DNA from: Podarcis melisellensis
Lineage: Eukaryota
Length of the DNA: 64,000 bases
Strand: one strand, 5' to 3'
Assembly: GCA_964234715.1 (NCBI GenBank)
Contig: OZ174282.1
Part shown: piece after piece, positions 39,248-50,336 of the stretch
Numbering within the stretch: the stretch's first letter is position 1
Layout of the letters: each line of letters begins with the position of its first letter
Notes under the pieces: model-generated
Told to the model about the DNA's origin: nothing
Database searches by the model: none
The model's input: the letters and a program-made list of their open reading frames with translations, nothing else
Position numbers and translations under genes: made by a program

Positions 39248-39586
39248 GCGCACGAGCTGCGCGACAACACACGGCGCCTAGAGAGCGAGAAAGAGGACGG
39301 CAACTAGTCCCGTCCGGAAAGTAGTCCGTCCCTTAACGACGGGGGGCGTGGCTTCGGCGCGATGTCCGGTTGGCCCTTTGAGCCTCGCTTTAGCTGGCTG
39401 GCGGAGCGCTCTTCCTGTCGCGCGGAGACGAAGTGCACAGTGAGAAGAAGCATGTGTCCTTCCGCATAGGAATCACTGGGAAGAGCGAGAGACGCGCGCA
39501 GCGGCGGCTGAGGAGGGAGCCCAACGCCCTCTCACCCGCCCGGCGGAACGAGCCCTCCCTACCCGCGACGCGGAGGCGGCGGCGGG

Positions 39587-39670
39587 ATGTTCAAGAACAC
39601 GTTCCAGAGCGGCTTCCTATCCGTGCTCTACAGCATCGGGAGCAAACCGCTGCAGATCTGGGACAAGAAG
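39587..39670 (+). CDS. CFAP20: CFAP20 exon 1 CDS ([28 protein letters not shown])
   Basis: ATG at 39587, AAG|gtggcg donor, 84 nt. Confidence 0.96.
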
Positions 39671-40672
39671 GTGGCGGAGGGAGCTGGTCCTGGCCTACCT
39701 GGTCCGGGGGGCGTTTCTGCGAGAGGGTTTCTAGTCCTCATGGCTGCCCAGGGGTTGGCCTTTAAGGGTTGGCCTTCAAGAGCTCTCTTCAGGGCTTGTG
39801 GCACCGCCAGGGAGAACCTCGGAGCCAGCCAGCCTCGCTTTCTCCCTCAGGCTTCGCATGCTCGAAGGAAGCCCGAGCCAGGTCTGGGGAACCTCCGGAC
39901 TTTTGGACTACAACTCCCGTCGGCCCCAGCGTCGTATTACTGTGTTTTGTTGGGGCTGATGGGAGAACAATCTGGAGGGCACCTGTTTGGGGAGGGATCC
40001 TCTTAGGGGTTCCCTCCTCGTCTGTTCTTTGGAAGCCCCTCCACTGTCCCTTGGGGCCCCAACATCTTAGGGTGGTCTAGCAGTGCTTCATGCCTGGTGG
40101 TCCCATTTCCAATGGACCGGAAGCAGAAAGCCTCATTTTCCCTTCCTACTACGGCTGAAAAGAGCCCTGTTGGATCAGACCAAATAGCTTTGCAGCCTAT
40201 TTCCCTCAGTGCCTAATCAGATTACTCTCTAGGCCATAACTTCCCCAACTAGGCGCCCTCCATATGTTTTGGATGTCAGTTTCCGTCAGGCCTAGGCAAT
40301 TTGGCCAGTGGTAACGGATGGTGGGAGTTGTACCACATAATGTAGTGATGATCCCTGACTTGGGCAGCTTTAAAAAAGGATTAAGCTGAATTCATGGCGA
40401 ATAAGTCTAGCAATGACTACTAGCTGCAGTGGTTGTATACTGCCTCCACTATAACACCAGTTGCTAGGAACTGCAAGTGAACAGAGTTCTGTTGTTTTTA
40501 TGTCCTGCTTGCGGGCTTTCCATGGGGATATGGTTGGCCATTGTGAGAACAGGATGAAGCCTGCACTTCTAATTCAGAAGTATGTCTTCCTGGTAGGGCT
40601 TTCAGATGCTATTTGAAGCAAGAAAGTCATCTGCTTAATTGAGTGATGTCCTATTTCATTCTCACCTTCTAG

Positions 40673-40752
40673 GTGCGGAATGGCCACATCAAAAGAATTA
40701 CAGATAATGATATTCAGTCATTGGTGTTGGAGATTGAAGGGACCAATGTCAG
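40673..40752 (+). CDS. CFAP20: CFAP20 exon 2 (VRNGHIKRITDNDIQSLVLEIEGTNV)
   Basis: ttctag / AG|gtaaag; 80 nt. Confidence 0.96.
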
Positions 40753-41591
40753 GTAAAGAGGAACCACTGTCTATGCTTTCCTAATGTCCCATTGAGAATT
40801 AGACGTTGAAAAGCATTGTGTGATTGATTCCCAGCTCCAGTTTCCTCACAGAGATTTCTCCATCAAAACCACGCCAGCGTATAGTGACTATGGAAACAGC
40901 TCATTGCTCCCATCCTTGGTAACAACAGTCTGGGATTGGAGGAGCCCATTGTGGCAATTTATCTGTTGTTATGCTTTGAATGGGCTGGCTGCATGTGGCC
41001 CTCAGGCCAAAAAGGATTAGTCTCCCATGTGGCAGGAGCTTTCCTTACAGCTGCTGGGATGGAGAACCTTTCTCAGCCTGAGAGCTGCGTTCCATGGTGG
41101 GTAAATTTCCAGGGACAGCTAGAGGTAAACCTGGGCATACCAACAGAGGTGACTCTTAGTAGAGCCGGATACCTTCCAACCATGCAAAAGTTAAGAGTTT
41201 CTACACAAGCTTTTCTCAATTTTTAATTGAGGCAGGGAAGAATGCATAGGATGCATTCCTGACAGGCAAAGGCTCTTGAGGATGCAGAGCAGGGTCACTG
41301 AGGGTTTGTGGCCTGGAGAGAGTCCCAAGGATTGGATGAAAAGGTTGGAGGGCCACATTTGGTCCCTGGGGCGGAGTTTCCCCAATCCTGCTCCATAGGG
41401 AGGCAGAAATATTAGTATATAAGCTTTTAGAGAATCCTGAAATGCCTGTAGAAATATTTCAAACAAATGGGTTCTTCTGCTGCGCATCCTGCACCTGAAT
41501 TTTGAAGCCCTGGGAGATGAGATGCTCTCAGGAAGGCCTGCTTCTCCTGCAAGTCGTGCAGTCTTGCTCATTCTGTTTCTCTCCCCCACAG

Positions 41592-41703
41592 TACCACATA
41601 CATCACATGTCCTGCTGACCCAAAGAAGACGCTGGGGATCAAATTACCCTTTCTGGTGATGATAATCAAGAACCTGAAGAAATACTTCACCTTTGAAGTA
41701 CAG
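41592..41703 (+). CDS. CFAP20: CFAP20 exon 3 ([37 protein letters not shown])
   Basis: ccacag / CAG|gttagt; 112 nt. Confidence 0.96.
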
Positions 41704-42069
41704 GTTAGTTCATGGAGCTAACACAGCAGGTCCAGAACATGACGGCATTAGTGGGCAAAGTCATTGGTCTTCCCATCTAAGTCATGAGATGGTTGTTCCT
41801 ATTGTATAAAAGGTGACTTGCTTAGAGCTACTCAGTCTCTGAGATCCATCTGTTACTCCAGCCCTCGGTTCAGCCTTACTGGCAGAGTTCCTCTCCAGCA
41901 CTTCAGTCAGGTCCTTGGCTAGCCTGACACTGCTTATTCTGCAGGCCCCTCCCTCCAGGGGAGCTGAAGGCAGACTGCCTAGTATTCTTGTCAGTAAGGT
42001 TAGGGGACTGCAGGCTTGACATCTGCAGCCCCCTCCCCTTCCCAACAGTGGTGTGTCTTTCTGTGTTAG

Positions 42070-42258
42070 GTGTTAGATGATAAAAATGTGCGCCGACGGT
42101 TCCGTGCCAGCAATTACCAGAGCACCACCCGTGTCAAGCCTTTCATCTGCACCATGCCTATGCGCCTGGATGATGGCTGGAACCAGATCCAATTCAACCT
42201 CTCTGACTTCACTCGACGAGCGTATGGTACCAACTACATTGAAACCCTGAGAGTCCAG
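42070..42258 (+). CDS. CFAP20: CFAP20 exon 4 ([25 protein letters not shown]...YIETLRVQ)
   Basis: gttag / CAG|gtaagg; 189 nt. Confidence 0.97.
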
Positions 42259-42744
42259 GTAAGGAGCCGTGCGTTCCAACAGCTGTGACACTTGCATTTC
42301 AGTTGCTGATTTGGGTGGTTGCCCTTGTGGAGAAAGAGCCATTGTGGGTCCCTGCTTCAGTCTCTCTGTACCTAGCAGTGGCAACTGCTGGAGTCTTCAG
42401 TTAACATGGGGGAGATCAGCATTCAGAGTTAACACTGGAAATTCTAGGCCCACAAGTGTCAATCAGCAGATTTGACTGTTTTCTTTTATCCCTGGGCCTG
42501 ATCTCTCTTTGGAGGTTGTTCTGAAACAAATGCATTGTATATATGTATGTTAGTATTTATATATAAAATTTCTTACCGGTCATAAAACCCAAATCTGAGA
42601 CTGTACCAAAATGACTTCCTAGCTGATTCTGTTTATAGCAAAATGGGATAGCATTCGTTTTGTGGTGGGGGTGCTGGTAACTGTCAGGCTGCTTTGAAAT
42701 GACTGCTTCTGAAACACCCTTCTTGGACATGCTTGACTTTTCAG

Positions 42745-42855
42745 ATCCACGCAAACTGTCGCATCCGCAGAATTTATTTCTCTGACAGACTCTACTCTGA
42801 GGATGAGCTTCCTGCTGAGTTCAAGCTTTATATCCCAGTCCAGAACAAGGCCAAG
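42745..42855 (+). CDS. CFAP20: CFAP20 exon 5 ([37 protein letters not shown])
   Basis: tttcag / AAG|gtgagc; 111 nt. Confidence 0.97.
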
Positions 42856-43895
42856 GTGAGCAGCTGCTGGAGGATCGGGGGGAGCAGGAGTTTGCATTCT
42901 AAAAAGCGCTTGTTAAGCTAGTTGTGGGAGCAGAGACGGTTGGAGTGGAGCACTTGATTTGGAGGGCAAGAATGCATCCTTACCTTTCACTCTCCTCAAG
43001 CCAAGTCTGACAGGTTGGCTGCTGACTCATCAAATGACCCACTTTTGCCCACACAATTCGAAATCAAATAGCGTGGGCAAAGGCACAGCCTGTAAAGTGC
43101 CAACTTTCAGCTAACCTTGTGAAGTCGATGTGCATAGAAAGCCCCAACAACCAGATGATCGCCTGAGTTGCGAAGCCATGGGGGGCACAGTTCTTTGCAT
43201 GCAGCTTTGCAGCTGCTTCCAATTCATCTGATTGCTGCTACATCTTTACCTGCTCCTCCCCTGAAGTCCTATCTCTGTAGGAAACATGGACATGGCTTGG
43301 TCAAAATGGCCTCATGGACCAAACAGGGGTGTCTGGGGGCCTAACTAGGCCCACAGGCTGGAGGTTCCCCACAGCTGCTGGAAGTGAGGGCAACTGATGC
43401 CAAGAAGAAGTCAGCTAAAAGAGCCTTATGCGTGGACTGCATGGAAACTTAGAGATGGCCGCTTGCAGCATAATCTAGTGTATTATTTAGTAAGCATCTT
43501 ACACCACTCCTTAGCTGTCAGGTTCGCAGAGCAACTGATATACATTCAAACAACATATGCTGCAATATAGCATCACAACAAAGTGGAGCAGATAAATGTC
43601 CCAATGTTAAAACCTATAAACTAGTTGATCTTAAAAGGTCTGCACCTGGTGCCTAAAGGAGTGAGTTGTAAAGAAGGAATGCTATGAAAGTTGAGCCTTG
43701 GGAAATTGGATTTCAGGTGTCAGTTCAGCTGTGTTCTCGCAGGGGGCCTTGGACAAATCTCTTGTCTCATGCACATGCACACACTAGCAGAGAGCCTGCT
43801 GGTGAGGGATATTGCTGCAATAAGAGATCTGAATACCCTTTGAATGAACGTGAACTTTTGAATAACTGTCTTTCTCTGCATCTTTCCCCCTGCAG

Positions 43896-43901
43896 CAATG
43901 A
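43896..43901 (+). CDS. CFAP20: CFAP20 exon 6 CDS (Q*)
   Basis: Long polypyrimidine tract, ctgcag|CAA TGA; gives the expected 193-aa length; 3'UTR with AATAAA follows. Confidence 0.88.
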   Translation, partial: Q

Positions 43902-46900
43902 TGTCACATTGGGAAACACACTGAGAGAGACACTGTGAAGAGAGGTGGAAGAGTTTGTTTTTTTAAATTAAAAACAAAATTTAATGTTGATTTACATAGG
44001 GTAACTTTATTTAATAAAAGTTGGTATCTAAAATGCTGGGACACAGGACAACTAACCATGTCATTGTTTTGTGTGAGCGAGATGATGCACGATCAAGCTT
44101 GCACTTTAAAATCAACCCCAGACCAAACTTGAGTTATGGGGCTTGATCCTGAGTGCATGCAGACAACTCTGTTGGAGCAGTTTTGAGATCCTTGTGCCCC
44201 CCGCCCCCCTCGGATGCCAGTGGTTTTTCTTCTTTGCTGTTCATATCTTTTTTCATGTATGCTCCAAATATGTGTGGACTCCTCCCCTTCTGGAAGCTGC
44301 TATTAAATATTTGATTTTCTTTGTAAGGCTGTTCTTGGTTACTGCATGCTGAAGGAGGCCTTATGCATCACAGGCTCCCTTGCAGGTGAATTGATTCCCT
44401 GTGGTATTGTTCCTGGCCTGCCTTGTCCCCTTCATTGTCAAATGTCAATGTGTGTCTCCTGCTTGTGTGCCAAGGAGATAAGGAGGGATGGTAGCCAAAG
44501 TTCTGAACTGTCAGATCTAATTTCTTGGGCATGAACCTCAGTAGAATCCCTTCCTCTTTCCCGGTCATGTGGTGTGCACATTCACAGTGCAGTGCACGCA
44601 GCTGATGAAGGGAATCGGGAGCATGTTTTGCCCCTTTGAAGAACAAAATTCTGCCTTGGTGCTTTTAATGACTTCTGTAAAGTGGGCAGGGGAAGGGCTG
44701 CATCTGAAGCTTCTCTTGGAAAGGCGAAAGCGGAAAGCCTGGGCATAGGGAGATTTGACAAGGGACTAGGCTGGCTGCCTTTCCTTGCTGGTGGCATCAG
44801 TCCAAGGAAGGGGCTGGGAAATCTGGGCAAAGTGGCCTCCTGGGGGGGGGGGCACTTTCTAGAAGCCTTAGCCTTACAGATCTTGTTACTAAACTTATTC
44901 CCCTTGCTTCACCAGGTCCCAGGGTGGGTTCCGGCAATTGACAATTCAGTATTAAAGCAATTAATGCAAATTACAGTCACAATAATAGGGTGGGTCCTCT
45001 AAACACACATCTCTGGTATCAAAAGAGGTGTGTCTTCATAATTCCATGAGACTATAGTGAAGGTGCCATGCTCATCTCTGTGGGGAGGGAATTCCATAAT
45101 TTCTTGAACTTCCATCAGCCTCAGTAGGCATGGCCAATAATGAGGGAGGATGGGTGTTGCAGCTGTGGAACATATGGAGGATGACAGGCTATCCACCCCT
45201 TCTCTAAGTAGGCTGGGGAGAGGTTCCTGTTGCACCGAAGAAGTACCTCTGCTAGACCTTTGCCCTTTTTGCTCCCATGACTCCCCATCTGTCAAAATGC
45301 AAGTGTGGGCAGAGTTGCCACCCAGCTTGCCATGTGATGCCCTTTATCTTCCACTTCCCCCACTTAGCTTAAAATGAGTGACCTAAAATATCCAGCACTC
45401 TGAGCTGAAGGATTGTTGACAGTCTGTACTCAGTGAGCACAGGTAGTCTTGCTGGCTGGTCTTTCAGACCAAAAGCCAAGAGTGGGCAGGAGGCTAATAC
45501 ATTTGTTAGGATCAACCAAAACATCACAAATTGCTTTAGAGATGGCCAGAATGTTTCCATTCTCACACACACACACACACACACACGGAAGTTGTGCAGC
45601 AGTTACTGTAAATCCTGTAACACTAAATTGTGTACCTGTCTGATGATGTGGCTGGACCAGAATAGATTAGCTTGAAGAACAGCAACAGAAGCCCCCTCCC
45701 TTGTTTTTGTCCTAAGGAGAGCACCATGACTGCAGCAGTGCCTGCCGACAGGCCTCCAGCATGCATGTGGTGGCATTCCTTTTACTTCCAGCAGGTGTTG
45801 CTGTTGTGTTTCTAAACACTGTAAGGTACACTGGTTAATGGAGGAGCAGCCCTGAAAGGTCAGAATCATGGGCAGTTCTAGGGCCTTGCGTTGTAAGGCT
45901 TGCCTTCTGTCAGACCTTGGGGTGTTGAAGGTACATGGATGAAAAGGTTTCTGCATTGACTGCTTGACTAGTGGTGACCTATGGAGCTCTTGTGGCTCAC
46001 ATGGATTTCCTCTTTAAGGAACCCTAGCAAGAACTATGTCAATCCAGTAAAAAAAGCAGCTCACAGCTCCTGCAGTTAGTAAAAAATAGCCCTTTTATGT
46101 CTCCGAGTGACTTATAGCACTAGAGCGGGGGGACTGGTAAGTACACAAATCTTGGTTAGCTGAGAGTTTTAATGGTGTGGAAGTTGGAGGGGGGCATTGT
46201 GAGGGTCTTGCCCCCAGGTGAAGCAGCTGTGGACTTCCCTAGGTGGACAGATTTGACAAGTGACTGTCTTTGCGTTTATTCTGTGTCAAGTCCTAGATTG
46301 GTCTCTAGAGACTCTGGAGGGTAAGTCCTTCCAGGGCAGTGGAGGTTTTAATAGCTGAAAAGCTTCCACATGCTGATAATTTGAGGTGTTGTCCCTCCTC
46401 TAAGAGAACCAGGGCCTCCTGTTGCAATGCCACACCCACCTTCAATTGTCGCAAATCCCTGGAACAGAATGTGGCAGTTTTCCTCTGCATTGCAGCATTG
46501 AGAACTTGATTGTTCTATCTCCTGCCAATGTTCTGGATAATCCACTCAAGATAACTCCTTGCTGGAGATGCTGCCTCGTCACCATATTTGGAGAGGGAGC
46601 AATTTTCTCCCAGCCTGCAGACACAAAGCACCTGCTCCTTTCTACCACGGTTCTTGCTTGGTTCTCTTTTTGGGGCCTGCTGGTTGTTGGGTCAGTCTGA
46701 GCAAGTGGAAGAATCTCAGTGTCCCAACATTAAATCTGTCTGCAAGGAGTGAGCACTGTTTCTAAGGGAAACTGTTAGCCAGAACAAGTGGAGCAAATAT
46801 GCTTGTGGATGCGCACAAGGCACCAATTGTCCTATCTGGTGTTGCAACTCTCTCACAGGGCAGCTCCATCTCAGCAGCTTCTCACTTCCTGGCCCCGCCA

Positions 46901-48099
46901 CCCCCTTCATTCACTGGACAGCAGCCAGCCACAGATGGCCAGCCAAGCTGGGATGCCCCTACTCTCCTTTTGTCAGATTGCCCATGTCTTAAGAGGCAGA
47001 CAGTGCCCGCTGGGTAGGGGCTCTTTCATGTGCAGGAGAGGGAATAAAGGGGGTCTTTATTGCTCAGCGGCAATGCATGAGCACAAGGGTCTGGTGTGCT
47101 ATTTTCTGCTGTAGGCACCAGGCTTGCTTGGATGGCAGAGATCCTCTCAGAGGAGTGGGAAATGACAAAGGCTGCAAGTGGAAAGAGGGAGCTGTGGCCA
47201 AGGAGCAGGATTCAGCCCCAGCCAGCAGGTGTTGGGTTTCGATTTTCCCTAAAGCCAGAGATCCCTCTTCAAATAAAACTACTATCTTGGAAGGGTTTTG
47301 CTCCTAACAAGGCAGCACAGCCCTATGAAGGTGTCTGACTGTACTGGCCCCAGGAGCAACACACCAGGCACTGGTTATCTGCCTGCAAAGCTATAGGTTT
47401 GGGGCCCAGGACTCTGCCTGTGCTGCAGACCTTCCTGACTCTGTTTGGTGAAACCTTTGGCATTCAGGTACCTTAAGCCCTAAGTTGGCTGAGTCCCTTG
47501 CATGCAGACTAATGGTGACCCCCTTGACATTGCTCAACAAACAAAATCTTACTGTCTCGCCTGCCATTTGCTGACTTGCACTAGAGATGAGTCAGAGGGA
47601 ACAGACAGGCTGTTCCTTTGGGCAAAATCTTCCTAGGAGATGGGAGGCAGGTGGTTGCTGAAGCCATGCAGAATCGGCAAATCCAGCTGAAGCATTTTCT
47701 GCCTCCCTCATCCAAGTGGGATTCAAAGGCAAAGAGATGCTGCTTCTGCAAAGGGCGTAGAAGTTGCACCAAGCAGCTGGCATCATTGGGATGGGGAATC
47801 ACCAGTCTGTTTAAGGCTGCTTGTCCCAATTGTGCATACTTTGATTTCATCCATGTGACATTTCTTTAACTGTTTCTCTTTTCAATGATAGTCATATCTT
47901 AAATCTCAGCAGGCCTGTGCACAATAAACAACCCTGGTGCCTTTATACTATTTGCTATTCAAATGGATTGGCAAAGTCAATGGCCCATTGCCATTGCTTC
48001 ATTTAGTGTCCTAGCACTTAGTCTCCAAATAATAACTTTTAAAAATGCTATGTTGCCTGCAGTGGTTGTGCCTCAGGAGGATTGTTAGTGGCAAATGAT

Positions 48100-48325
48100 C
48101 TCTGCTGCCCTCAAGATGTTTTGGACTACAATTCCCATCAGCCCCAGCATAATATGACCATTCTGATAGACCATCTTGTTGATGGTGGTGGGGAAAACAG
48201 GCTGTTCAGCTGCAGGTCAAACACCCCTGCTCTGTCCCTTTGTCTGCTAGCTGATTTGAAAGTGCTGCCTCCATAGGAATGATGGGAGTTGTAGTCCAAA
48301 ACCTTTGGAGGACACATGGCTAGAG
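48100..48325. mobile_element. Palindromic MITE family copy (GACTACAA(C/T)TCCCATCA...TGATGGGAGTTGTAGTCC)
   Basis: Inverted arms at ~48115-48140 and ~48280-48305; related copies at ~6345, ~8510, ~17085, ~39880, ~40245 and ~60760. Confidence 0.65.
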
Positions 48326-49835
48326 AAGGTCTAGTTGCTATAAGTATGCTAGTCATTAGTTTACAATCATGCCACAAAGGACCAATGATCGTGCACAAAC
48401 GCATTCCACGAAGAACAGGAATCAATTTTGGGACAGAATCACAACTGCCCAGCTCAAATACACATCATAACCAGTGCCGAGTGCTTCCCTGCAGAAGAAA
48501 CAAAACCTCAAGCATCCACCCTGCATTTGGCAAATTGCGTAGCAATTAAGTGCCTAATTTTGTGCTATAAATTGATTGACTGGAAATCAATGCACCTTTT
48601 TGCTGTGGCTGCAATCTTCTAAACAAGCCAGTGGTCCTTGGAGAAGTGCTCTTGGAATGATCCTGTTGAGGCTTTCATGTAAATTATATTCTGTTGGAAT
48701 CAGGTGAACCATTTTTCCGGAACGCATCAAAGCTGGCTGGTGTGGACTTTTTTCGCTTCTATAAAGAAAAGTATTTGGGTTGCAGTGTGGAGAGGATCAT
48801 TTGACAGGCAGGCACAGCAACAGAACATTTTCTACAAGGCCAGTTCCACTCAGCCCATCTGATGGGAAGTGTTGGGGCAGGACATGCAATTCGCGGATAT
48901 AGTCAAAGCCCCTGGGCATGCTCTTAATGAGCTTTGTTCCAAAGAGCTACTGTTCCCACAGCAGCAACAGGAGGAAGGGAAGGAGGTGCTGTTATCAAAT
49001 AGCCCATGATCTCACATCCTCTTCTTCAGATGGTCAGAGTTCACAGCACAACAGAAGCAGCGTTTCAGGAGGCAGAATCAATAATGAACGTATCTTATCA
49101 GCCTCCTAATGGGGTCAGGCTCATGGCTCAGTGCCTTCCTGGATGGAAAGAAAAATCTAATTTGCATGGCAGTTTCAGGAAGGCAGAAGCAGCAGCTGTG
49201 ATGCAGAGCAACAAGCAGGCTTTAATTCTGATGTCTCCAAAGCAAAGCTTGATGGGCAGAGAAGCTATAACTGAATATGGAGGGGGTAGGGTAGGGTGCC
49301 AAAGCTCAGCCGCTGCTCAGCCCAGCTGTGCAATCTGGACTGTCCCAAGTTTCTGTGCACTGTGCTGAGAGGTCCTCTTTCTGAGCACAGCCAACAAGAC
49401 TTGGGCTTCAGGAGAATGTGGTCAGCAAATCTTGCAGTTCTCAAGTCACTTCTGTAAAGTGCTACATGTGTTGACACTGTGTAGCAGCAGTAGTAGCAGA
49501 CCCCCCAAGTGTCCCTATTTTCTAGGGATGTCCCTAATTCAGAGAAGCTGTCTCAGTTTCTTATTTGATCCCAGAATGCCCCACTTTTCCTTAGGATGTC
49601 CCTATTTCCACTGGAGAAATGTTGAAGGGTATGAAGTTATCTGACCCTTGAGCCCCCTGAAGACAGTCCTCTGTAGTGAAGTTTTTTAAAAAATTGATTT
49701 ATAAAGTTTTTATATATGTTGGAAGCTGCCCAGAGTGGCTGGGGCAGCCCAGTAAGATGTGTGGAGTATAAATAGTAAAATTATCGTTATGGACTGGGAC
49801 ATCCCTATTTTCATCAGAGAAATGTTGGAGGATAT

Positions 49836-49867
<32 letters not shown>

Positions 49868-49879
49868 AATAAAATAAAT
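49836..49879. repeat. (AAT)n / A-rich microsatellite
   Basis: Read directly. Confidence 0.85.
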
Positions 49880-49971
49880 AGCATGCGCCTATAATAAAAG
49901 TGAGCCCTGTCTGTTCTTTAGATGATCTTACTCTGTTTTATTATATTTTTTGCTTAATGTTTATGTTCACA

Positions 49972-50336
49972 CTGGGACACGGGTGGCACTGTGGTCTAAA
50001 CCACTGAGCCTAGGACTTGCCGATCAGAAGGTCAGCGGTTCGAATCCCCACCACGGGGTGAGCTCCCGTTGCTCGGTCCCTGCTCCTGCCAACCTAGCAG
50101 TTCGAAAGCACATCAAAGTGCAAGCAGATAAATAGGTACCGCTCCGGCTGGAAGGTAAACAGCATTTCCGGGCGCTGCTCTGATTCACTAGAAGCAGCTT
50201 AGTCATGCTGGCCACATGGCCCAGAAGCTGTCTGCAGACAAACGCTGGCTCCCTCGGCCTATAGAGCAAGATGAGCACCATGACCCCAGAGTCGTTCGCG
50301 ACTGGATTTAACGGTCAGGGGACCCTTTACCTTTAC
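49972..50336 (+). mobile_element. Sauria SINE, full length
   Basis: tRNA-like head with A box (GGTGGCACTGTGG) and B box (GGTTCGAATCCC at 50037), ACCTTT tail repeats, 11-bp TSD TTATGTTCACA at 49961-49971 and 50337-50347. Confidence 0.92.

Larger units (their letters stand above)
39190..39950. promoter_or_regulatory. CpG island / CFAP20 promoter
   Basis: CpG-rich; GC box GGGGGGCGTGGC ~39341, ETS-like CTTCCTGT ~39410, X-box; boundaries approximate. Confidence 0.82.
39587..44320 (+). other. CFAP20: CFAP20 gene span (cilia- and flagella-associated protein 20, BUG22/GTL3)
   Basis: Six exons sum to 582 nt = 193 aa + stop; [28 protein letters not shown] start; AATAAA at 44013 and ATTAAA at 44302. 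Confidence 0.97.

Noticed and set aside
49974-50050. tRNA gene
   Set aside because: The A/B boxes belong to the tRNA-derived head of the Sauria SINE
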